Assembly (NCBI GenBank): GCA_958295945.1
Contig: OY282386.1
Location: forward strand, 1,687,371 to 1,751,370
DNA length: 64,000 bases
Source of the DNA: Candidatus Poribacteria bacterium
GTDB taxonomy: Bacteria > Poribacteria > WGA-4E > WGA-3G
Direction: 5' to 3'
Both the position numbers and the translations under genes were made by a program. The notes beneath the pieces were generated by a model. The model was given only the letters and a program-made list of their open reading frames with translations. It did no database searches and was not told the DNA's origin. Shown piece by piece: positions 32,501-38,551 of this stretch. Each line of letters starts with the position of its first letter. Position 1 is the first letter of the stretch.

Positions 32501-33092
32501 CACATTTTGAGAGTCTATTCTTGCTGCCGTGATAAGACATAATGTACGCAGGACCGCGGAAATCATGCCAAACCATTCCAAACGCATGGCCGAGTTCATG
32601 GGCAATGGTTTGCCAATTCCAACAGTAGTTAGTTGCTGATCCAGTGACTCCGTTACCGCCACCGAATCCGCATACACCATGAGGCAGTTCCTTTGCCCCA
32701 TGTGTGTCAAACATAATCACATAAATGCCTCTCTGTGGGGGTATAAACTGTTCTATATCTTCTTCATTCCGATTGATATGATTGTGCAAATAATGTGCAT
32801 AAGTAAATTTCCCGACTGTATGATGGACCACGGCGTTTCCGCTGGCATCGGTTTCAAACTGAAAGGTTTTTCTACCGAATCCGTGGCGTTCCATTTCATC
32901 AGCAAAGAAAAGTTGTGCTTTCTTGATGAGTGCGTCGATCTCTGTATCTACGTTGGGGCGGAGTGCCGTGTCGCTTGCGCGGAAGTAGATGAGTCGCACA
33001 ATCGGGCGAGAATCTTGTGCCTGCACAAAATGCGGTATGAAAATAAGTGCTATAAGACATGCCAGTCCAATTGAAAATAGTTTTCTATTCAT
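26547..33092 (-). CDS. Giant secreted metzincin-like metalloprotease / leucine-rich-repeat / Big-like Ig / dockerin protein with a T9SS C-terminal sorting domain
   Basis: Signal peptide MNRKLFSIGLACLIALIFIPHFVQA. N-terminal Zn-protease domain with HELGHAFGMVWHD and a Met-turn YIMSY. Long arrays of 24-residue LRRs (LTNLT.L.L..NNISDVSALSG). Repeated Big-like Ig domains. Dockerin-like DVNADGIVDVEDL...DVNGDGVVNSDDLALV. C-terminal Por_Secre_tail-like NYPNPFNPETWIPYHL...SGIYFYTLTAGDFTATRKMLIRK. Confidence 0.8.
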   Translation of the reverse strand: MNRKLFSIGLACLIALIFIPHFVQAQDSRPIVRLIYFRASDTALRPNVDTEIDALIKKAQLFFADEMERHGFGRKTFQFETDASGNAVVHHTVGKFTYAHYLHNHINRNEEDIEQFIPPQRGIYVIMFDTHGAKELPHGVCGFGGGNGVTGSATNYCWNWQTIAHELGHAFGMVWHDFRGPAYIMSYHGSKNRLSKCAAEVLNMNPAFNTDQTVSKNQSGTIKMLPPSLAAPPNTIRLRFEVTDPDGLHQALLLTPETEPRGLGGGLLGCKLLNGQSSTIEFITTGLPPKNNVVELQIIDVFGSFITSRVFPIDISSLLPPSQVVSIPDATLALAVRQALNLSSTQALTTHSMLNLWKLDTPNSGITDLTGLEHAHNLRSLNLGTEYIEGEGYVNSNTVLDLSALSELTNLTSLNLNNNNISDLSALSESTNLTSLNLWNTNISDVSPLSELTQLTWLVLNNNTISDVSALSGLTNLTRLDLGSNNISDVSVLSELTQLNWLHLSGNNISDVSALSELTNLTSLNLNNNNISDISVLSELKNMSSLYLANNNISDISALSGLTNLTRLNLGSNNISDVSVLSGLTNLTRLDLGSNNISDVSVLSELTNLTQLWLHNNNISDVSALSGLTNLNSLLLANNNISDISALSGLTNLTQLQLHNNNISDVSPLVKLNLIGTQWDSTGLYLWINPLSYVSINTHIPAMQAKGVEVQYSQRTPTKLLKISGDTQQALTNTKLPLPFVAQVRDQSNRPFAEVPVTFSITKGGGKLSTTNTTTDAKGRAKARFTLGQTEGETTIRVTAVKISQPIQFTVTAILPTSFVHLPDTNLTAKIIETLGKPTDASITVADMLTLTSLTANNASISTLTGLQHASNLTSLKLNSNNLSNIDSLTGLTQLTTLSLDNNNLSNIAPLVELTQLETLSLENNKLSDVAPLVELTDLKTLRLHGNLLSYPSLYTTIPTLRSHGVDVVVDTRTPTTLINIPGTPGVAGATLQVIVQVQDQKGVAFAGVPVNFTLTTSGGHRWTSKAISSLNGKAATTLTLGPEPGENTVSATVTEIPQPLNFTITAIDGNTLVHIPDVNLYAKIVETLNKPKNAKLNAGDLLALTRLDAQNANIQDLTGIEYASNLSSLNLGAEYIEGEGTVNSNTVSNLSPLIGLTALTYLNLSHTILVDLSALSELTNLNSLDLVNNNISDISALSGLTNLTQLWLHNNNISDVSALSGLTNLNSLLLANNNISDISALSGLTNLTQLQLHNNNISDVSPLVKLNLIGTEWDSTGLYLWNNPLSYVAINTHIPAMQAKGVEVQYSQRTPTKLLKISGDAQQAITNSELPLPYVVQVRDQSNRPFAEVPVTFSITKGSGELSATTAKTDKAGNAQTRLTLGETGGTMTVQASAPNVSQSVLFTVTSISLDSTVTLSDANLSAKIAETSGKPTDAPITMGDMLALTSLTANNAGISNLTGLQHASNLTSLKLNSNNLSNIDSLTGLTQLTTLSLDNNNLSDIAPLVELTQLGTLSLENNKISEVEPLVELTELKTLHLRGNLLSYPSLYTTIPTLRSHGVDVVFDTRTPTTLINIPGPSGVAGTPRQVIVQVQDQKGVAFAGVPVNFTLTTLGGHRSTSKAISSLNGKAATTLTLGPEPGENTVSATVTEIPQPLNFTITAIDGDMLVHIPDVNLHTKIAETLNKPKNAKLKAGDLLELTRLDARNADIQDLTGLEHASKLDWLNLDSNNISDVSALSGLANLTRLYLDDNNISDISALSESELTNLALLRLGRNNISDISALLGLTNLTQLYLFNNNISDTSALSALTNLTHLHLRYNNISDMSPLLALNLTGTQWDSTGLDIRNNPLNNEAIRTHIPAMQARGIVVSFDNITHPEFLIISGDKQEELVGRTLPAPFVVEYRDANGNPKEGVKVTFSITDGDAELTDTTVTTDAAGRAQTFLRFGWKLGTITITVNVTAEGINSQLTFIAHVVLPENHVPEDVNADGIVDVEDLVLVAATIGTIPSKGTYPNPDVNGDGVVNSDDLALVMAALENTPTAPAAVLTAENLQRWIDEAKQRTNRDETFQRGIIVLEQLLASMLPEKTTLLANYPNPFNPETWIPYHLAKPAEVTVRIYAVNGILIRTLSFGHKAAGVYEHRNRAAHWDGKNAQGERVASGIYFYTLTAGDFTATRKMLIRK
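27600..31250. repeat. Near-identical ~1785-bp internal tandem duplication inside the giant LRR gene
   Basis: ORF-track shadow peptides recur at an exact 1785-nt offset (28498 vs 30283; 29306 vs 31091), with >90% identity over 60-80 aa. This corresponds to a duplicated [LRR block - Big domain - LRR block - Big domain] module of 595 aa. Boundaries are approximate. Confidence 0.7.
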
Positions 33093-33150
33093 GAATACTC
33101 TCCTCTATTCTGTATTCAGAATTATGGTTCTGTTTAGACAAATTCCGGCT

Positions 33151-35826
33151 CTATTTCCGTATCAACATTTTTCGTGTAGCAGTGAAATCACCTGCGGTTA
33201 ATGTATAAAAATAGATTCCGCTTGCAACGCGTTCACCTTGTGCATTTTTGCCATCCCAATACGCTGCACGGTTGCGAAGTTCATAAATCCCCGCAGACTT
33301 ATGCCCTAACGCCAAAGACCGAATTAACGTGCCATTGACCGCATAGATGCGTACCGTTACTTCTGCAGGTTTTGCTAAGTGATATGGGACCCACGTCTCT
33401 GGATTAAAAGGATTAGGATAGTTCGTCAAAAGTGCTGTCTTTTTGGGCAACAAGGTAGTAAGCAGTTGTTCAAGTACAGTGATTCCTCTTTGGAATGTTT
33501 CATCTTTGTTAGTGAGTTGCTTCGCTTCGTCAATCCATCTTTGCAAATTCTCTGCTGTCAAAACCGCTGCAGGTGCTGTGGGTGTCGTTTCCAATGCTGC
33601 CATGACTAATGCTAAATCATCACTATTGACGACACCATCACCGTTTACGTCTGTATTAGGTATTATCCCATCTGGCTGGGTTGTGCCGATAGTTGCCGCA
33701 ACTAACACGAGGTCCTCCACATCAACGATTCCATCGGCATTGACATCTTCTGGGACATGATTTTCAGGTAGGACGACACTTGCTGTGAAGGTGAGTTGAG
33801 AATTAATACCTGCTGCAGTCACATTAACAGTGATAGTACCAAGTTTCCATCCAAATCGAAGAAAAGTTTGTGCTCTACCGGCGGCATCGGTCGTAACGGT
33901 AGTATCAGTCAGTTCTGCATCACCATCGGCTATAGAAAATGTAACTTTCACTCCCTCTTTTGGTTTTCCGTTAGCATCACGATATTCCACAACAAAGGGT
34001 GAAGGCAATGTCTTCCCCACAAGTTCTTCTTGTTTATCGCCAGATATTATCAGGAATTCTGGGTGCGTAATATTGTCAAAAGATACTACAATTCCTCTTG
34101 CCTGCATAGCAGGGATGTGTGTCCGTATTGCTTCATTATTAAGGGGATTGTTCCAAAGATATAGCCCCGTGCTATCCCACTGTGTTCCTATAAGGTTTAA
34201 TTTTACCAAGGGTGATACATCCGAGATGTTATTGTTGTGAAGCCACAGTTGCGTTAGGTTTGTCAATCCTGATAGTGCAGATATATCTGATATGTTGTTG
34301 TTGGCAAGATACAGCGAACTCATATTTTTGAGTTCTGATAGCACTGATATATCTGATATGTTATTGTTGTCAAGACGCAGGTAACTCATATTTTTGAGTT
34401 CTGATATCACTGAAATATCAAAAATGTTATTGTTCCCAAGACGCAGGTAACTCATATTTTTGAGTTCTGATAGTGCAGATATATCTGATATGTTATTGTT
34501 GGCAAGATACAGCGAACTCATATTTTTGAGTTCTGATAGCACTGATATATCTGATATGTTATTGTCATAAAGATTCAGCGAAGTCAGGTTTGTCAACTCT
34601 GACAACGCAGACACATCTGAAATGTTGTTGCTGCCAAGATTCAGCCGAGTCAGGTTTGTCAACTCTGACAACGGAGACAGCTCCGATACCGTATTGCTGT
34701 TGACAGTTCCCTCGCCCTCAATGGACTCAGCCCCAAGGTTCAACGATCTCAGATTGTGCGCATGTTCAAGCCCGGTGAGGTCTGTTATTCCACTGTTGGG
34801 GACATCAAGTATCCTCAAGTTTAGTATAGAGTGCGTCGTGATGGCTTGACTTGAAGATAGTCTGAAGGTCTGTCTAACTGCTGCTGCTAAATTTGCATCT
34901 GGAATAGACACAACTTCAGCTTGAGGTAGCAGCGAAGTAACATTAATTGGAAACTTCTGAAAGTTCCATGTGAAGTTGCCATGTACATCAATAGCCATAA
35001 GGGATACAGACTTATTATTCGGTGTCAAATTGGTGACAAATTCAACAGTGGTATTTGTGGTTCCGTTTAGTGCTTTATAGCTAAGCAATTCAGAGGATCC
35101 ATAAGCTATACCAGGGGTAACGGTGGGTGTGAGGAGTTGTACCTGGTGAAGTCCATCCGGATCAGTTACCTTAAAGCGGAAACGGATGGTATTTGGAGGC
35201 GAGTCAAGACTTGATGAAAGCATTTCTATTTTTGTAGGTTCGTTCTCGGCACTTCGGCCGGGATTGAAGGCACGGTGGGTATCTAACCATTCAGCTGTAC
35301 AATGAGAAAGTTGAGGCCTTATTTTGGGTCCGTAAGACATGATGTAGTTATCGCTGCCGATGCGGAAATCGTGTTTCAATCCGAAGGCATGTCCGAGTTC
35401 ATGGGCAACGGTCTTCCAATTCCAGCAGTAGATAGTTGCGTGGCCTTTGTGACCTTCCGAACCTGATGCACCCGCGACACCGCAAACTCCTTGAGTTTGG
35501 TTTCCTCCTTCCATATAGACAACAATATTCTTACCGGGGCTGTCAAGCTTTCCATGGTGTACCACGGTGTTCCCGCTTGCATCCGTTTCAAATTGAAAGG
35601 TTTTTCTACCGAACCCGTGGCGTTCCATTTCATCCGCAAAGAAACGTTGCGTTTCCTTGATTAATGCATCAATTTCTGTGTCCGCATCAAGGCGAGGTGG
35701 GCTTCCAGGTAAGGGGCGGTAGACGACTCGCACCATCGGGCGAGAATCTTGTGCATGCACAAAATGCGGTATCAAAAAAAGTGCTATAAGACATGCAAAT
35801 CCAATTGAAAATCGTTTTCTATTCAT
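33151..35826 (-). CDS. Secreted metzincin-like metalloprotease / LRR / dockerin protein with T9SS C-terminal domain (paralogue of 26547-33092)
   Basis: Signal peptide MNRKRFSIGFACLIALFLIPHFVHA. Canonical metzincin motif HELGHAFGLKHD (HExxHxxGxxHD, adamalysin/reprolysin-like) with Met-turn YIMSY. NNISDISVLSELKNMS LRR arrays, dockerin and Por_Secre_tail. The N-terminal and C-terminal ~280 aa are ~90% identical to the larger paralogue. Confidence 0.8.
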   Translation of the reverse strand: MNRKRFSIGFACLIALFLIPHFVHAQDSRPMVRVVYRPLPGSPPRLDADTEIDALIKETQRFFADEMERHGFGRKTFQFETDASGNTVVHHGKLDSPGKNIVVYMEGGNQTQGVCGVAGASGSEGHKGHATIYCWNWKTVAHELGHAFGLKHDFRIGSDNYIMSYGPKIRPQLSHCTAEWLDTHRAFNPGRSAENEPTKIEMLSSSLDSPPNTIRFRFKVTDPDGLHQVQLLTPTVTPGIAYGSSELLSYKALNGTTNTTVEFVTNLTPNNKSVSLMAIDVHGNFTWNFQKFPINVTSLLPQAEVVSIPDANLAAAVRQTFRLSSSQAITTHSILNLRILDVPNSGITDLTGLEHAHNLRSLNLGAESIEGEGTVNSNTVSELSPLSELTNLTRLNLGSNNISDVSALSELTNLTSLNLYDNNISDISVLSELKNMSSLYLANNNISDISALSELKNMSYLRLGNNNIFDISVISELKNMSYLRLDNNNISDISVLSELKNMSSLYLANNNISDISALSGLTNLTQLWLHNNNISDVSPLVKLNLIGTQWDSTGLYLWNNPLNNEAIRTHIPAMQARGIVVSFDNITHPEFLIISGDKQEELVGKTLPSPFVVEYRDANGKPKEGVKVTFSIADGDAELTDTTVTTDAAGRAQTFLRFGWKLGTITVNVTAAGINSQLTFTASVVLPENHVPEDVNADGIVDVEDLVLVAATIGTTQPDGIIPNTDVNGDGVVNSDDLALVMAALETTPTAPAAVLTAENLQRWIDEAKQLTNKDETFQRGITVLEQLLTTLLPKKTALLTNYPNPFNPETWVPYHLAKPAEVTVRIYAVNGTLIRSLALGHKSAGIYELRNRAAYWDGKNAQGERVASGIYFYTLTAGDFTATRKMLIRK

Positions 35827-35845
35827 GAATACCCTCCCTGTAGAT

Positions 35846-36937
35846 TTACGGTAAATCCATTACACAACGGAACCCGACACTGTAGTTCGTACTTTCAGGC
35901 ATGAGCATGAAGCGCGTACTGCTGCGTACATTCGCTGAGGTAACAATCCAGGAACCACCTCGTAACACCCGATTTGATTGAACTATTTCAAAGTTTTCAA
36001 TGATCTCTTGAATGGCATTTGCCCCCGAAAATGGATTTCCAGTTTGAGAAACAGCATAAAAATCCGCATCATATTCATCAAGGCACCACTCCCATACGTT
36101 GCCAGCCATATCAAACAAACCGTAGCTATTTTTAGGATAACTACCGACTGGGGCAGCGAATGCGTAACCATCATCTGCTTTTTTGTCTGACCACCAATAG
36201 TGTGGTAAATTCTTATCAGCGAAATTACACTGTTTTCCATTTGGCGCGAGGTTTCCCCATGGATATGTCTTTGCTATCATACCACCGCGGGCTGCCTTCT
36301 CCCATTCCGCTTCGGTTGGCAACCTCTTTCCTGCCCATGTTGCGAACGCCATTGCATCGTGCCAACTCACAAAAACAATAGGATGTTGATCCGTAGGAGC
36401 ATATTGCGTAACTTTCACCCACTCAGGTTCCCGATGTCCGGTTTCCTCAACAAACTGCTTATATTCACCGACTGTTACCTCATGTGTGTCCATGAAGAAG
36501 GAATCCACAAAAACTGTGTGGACAGGTTTTTCATCTTTTGCAGCTTCTTCTGAATCACTTCCCATTTGAAACTCTCCGCCGCGAATCATGACCATACCTT
36601 CTGGAACGACTGTATATTCAAGTGTTTGTGTGCCGTCTGTCCACGTCAGTTCAATGGTAATATCGCCCAGAGGGAAAGGACCGGTGATAGTCGTTCTATT
36701 TTTGGGTTGCTCTATCGTTCCAGGCACAGTTGTTAGGTTTTCTGGTGTACCGGTAAAAAACACAGTGATAGATTCATCTATACGGATAGTGCTGCCGTTT
36801 TCTGGTCTGGCAGATTTGAATTTGACTGGTCCTGGTTCAACAACATCTTCATCCCCAATATCGGATCCACAACCAAACAATGTGATGAGAAAAAGACATA
36901 TCGCCGTGAAAACAAAAAGGTTGATAGCTGTTTTCAT
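35846..36937 (-). CDS. Lipoprotein with formylglycine-generating-enzyme (FGE-sulfatase/SUMF1) domain
   Basis: Lipobox LITLFGCGS. An N-terminal beta-sandwich region is followed by FGE-sulfatase signatures: MVMIRGGEFQMGS, SWHDAMAFATWAGKRLPTEAEWEKAARGG, GNVWEWCLDEY, VLRGGSW and YSVGFRCV. Confidence 0.75.
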   Translation of the reverse strand: MKTAINLFVFTAICLFLITLFGCGSDIGDEDVVEPGPVKFKSARPENGSTIRIDESITVFFTGTPENLTTVPGTIEQPKNRTTITGPFPLGDITIELTWTDGTQTLEYTVVPEGMVMIRGGEFQMGSDSEEAAKDEKPVHTVFVDSFFMDTHEVTVGEYKQFVEETGHREPEWVKVTQYAPTDQHPIVFVSWHDAMAFATWAGKRLPTEAEWEKAARGGMIAKTYPWGNLAPNGKQCNFADKNLPHYWWSDKKADDGYAFAAPVGSYPKNSYGLFDMAGNVWEWCLDEYDADFYAVSQTGNPFSGANAIQEIIENFEIVQSNRVLRGGSWIVTSANVRSSTRFMLMPESTNYSVGFRCVMDLP

Positions 36938-37020
36938 AATTCTTTTCTGTCCTATGTGGCATTCTATAGGGATAACTTGGACTCTAAATTACCAAAAGAG
37001 AATGTATATGTCAAGTTGAA

Positions 37021-38529
37021 TTATAATATTAATGAAGCATTCTGTAGGAGTTGTGGATCAGCGAAGGCACTATCAGGTGTACCATCAAAAATCAGTTCGC
37101 CGTCCCGCATCAACAGAACGCGATCCGCATATTTCAAGGTGAGTTCAATGTTATGCGTTGCGAAAATCAGCGTTTTGTTTTCTTGGCGGATTTGATTGCA
37201 GAGTTCGTCCATCATACTTTGTAAGTGTTGTGCGTCCTGTCCAGTAGTAGGTTCGTCAAGTAGGAATATATCGGGATGTAGGGCAAAGGTTGATGCAACA
37301 GCAACGCGTTGCCGTTGTCCGCGTGAAAGCGAATACGGGGCTTCTGCTGCAATATCCGATAGTCTAAACTGAGTCAAAGTGTCATTGACTAAAGTGTTCA
37401 GTTTGTCCGATTTCAACTTCAGATTCTTGGGACCAAATTTCACTTCACCCCGCACAGTCTCAGCCTGCAGCAGCAGATCTGGATTCTGAAACACAATGCC
37501 TACTTTACCTGCTAACTGATGTAGCTTCAATCGTTTCATATCTTTTCCATCAATGATAACCTGACCAGGATTAGGTTTGAGCAAACCAGCAATGAGATTG
37601 AGTAGTGTTGTTTTTCCAGATCCATTTTCACCCATAATCGCAACAACTTCACCGCGCGATACTTCCAATGATATGTCTTTGACTGCATGTACTTCACTAC
37701 TTGGATATTGATAATATAAGTTCTGGATTTCAAGGATTGGATGTGAAGTGACAGGTTGTGAGCTAATAGGTTTGATAGCATCAGTTGAATCTGGCAACTC
37801 AACACCTAAGTTGTGAAAGATTGTCGTATCTTGAAAAGCATCGGATTGTGGCAAGTCTAAACAGAGTTCCCCTTCATGCATGAGCCATACACGATTGCAT
37901 AAATGTTGTACCTGCTTGACTCGGTGGGTTGCCAGTATAACTGTAATACCGAGATCAGTATTCAGTTGTTTGATTATATTGAGAATATCTCTCGTTGCGC
38001 GTGGATCCAGATGACTTGTAGGTTCATCAAGTAGTAAGACCTGTGGTTGCATCGCACAAATTGATGCAAGTGCTACACGTTGTTTTTCACCACCAGAGAG
38101 TTCAGAGACACGTCTGTTCTCATATCCGGTCAGTCCAACTTGTTCTAATGCAAGGGTTATACGTTCTCTAATCTCTTCCTGTGGAAATCCGAGATTTTCA
38201 AGACCAAAAGCAATTTCATCCTCAACATAAGTGCAGAAGAGTTGATCGTCAGGATTTTGGAAGAGGAGTGCGACCTGTTGACAAGTGATTGCCAGTGATT
38301 GTTCAGTTACATTCTGAGCATTCACATGAACAGAACCTATCAGTGTGCCAGATGAAGAATGGGGAATTAGACCATTTATAGTGCGGAGTAATGTAGATTT
38401 GCCACAACCGGTGGGTCCTGTTAGCAGGACAAAGTCACTTGGGGCAACCTGAGCATTGATGCAATTCAGTGTAGGTATTTCTCGACTTGGGTAGGTATAG
38501 GAGAGTTGTTCAATCTGAACTGGCACCAT
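37021..38529 (-). CDS. Fused duplicated ABC ATPase (EcfA-A'/CbiO-like energy-coupling factor ATPase)
   Basis: Two complete nucleotide-binding domains with Walker A GPTGCGKST and GENGSGKTT, signatures LSGGEKQRVALA and LSRGQRQRVAVA, and Walker B LLLDEPTS and FLLDEPTT. The ATG at 38529 is preferred. The ORF-track TTG at 38571 would overlap the upstream gene by 20 nt. Confidence 0.75.
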   Translation of the reverse strand: MVPVQIEQLSYTYPSREIPTLNCINAQVAPSDFVLLTGPTGCGKSTLLRTINGLIPHSSSGTLIGSVHVNAQNVTEQSLAITCQQVALLFQNPDDQLFCTYVEDEIAFGLENLGFPQEEIRERITLALEQVGLTGYENRRVSELSGGEKQRVALASICAMQPQVLLLDEPTSHLDPRATRDILNIIKQLNTDLGITVILATHRVKQVQHLCNRVWLMHEGELCLDLPQSDAFQDTTIFHNLGVELPDSTDAIKPISSQPVTSHPILEIQNLYYQYPSSEVHAVKDISLEVSRGEVVAIMGENGSGKTTLLNLIAGLLKPNPGQVIIDGKDMKRLKLHQLAGKVGIVFQNPDLLLQAETVRGEVKFGPKNLKLKSDKLNTLVNDTLTQFRLSDIAAEAPYSLSRGQRQRVAVASTFALHPDIFLLDEPTTGQDAQHLQSMMDELCNQIRQENKTLIFATHNIELTLKYADRVLLMRDGELIFDGTPDSAFADPQLLQNASLIL

Positions 38530-38551
38530 GTTAGTATATAAACAGTATGAG

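Noticed and set aside
26775-35660. Numerous 60-350-aa ORFs antisense to the two LRR genes (for example 31303-32346 at 347 aa, 30283-30855, 33830-34240)
   Set aside because: They are shadow ORFs created by the low-complexity, periodic LRR coding sequence on the opposite strand. They repeat with the same 72-bp and 1785-bp periodicity and have no RBS.
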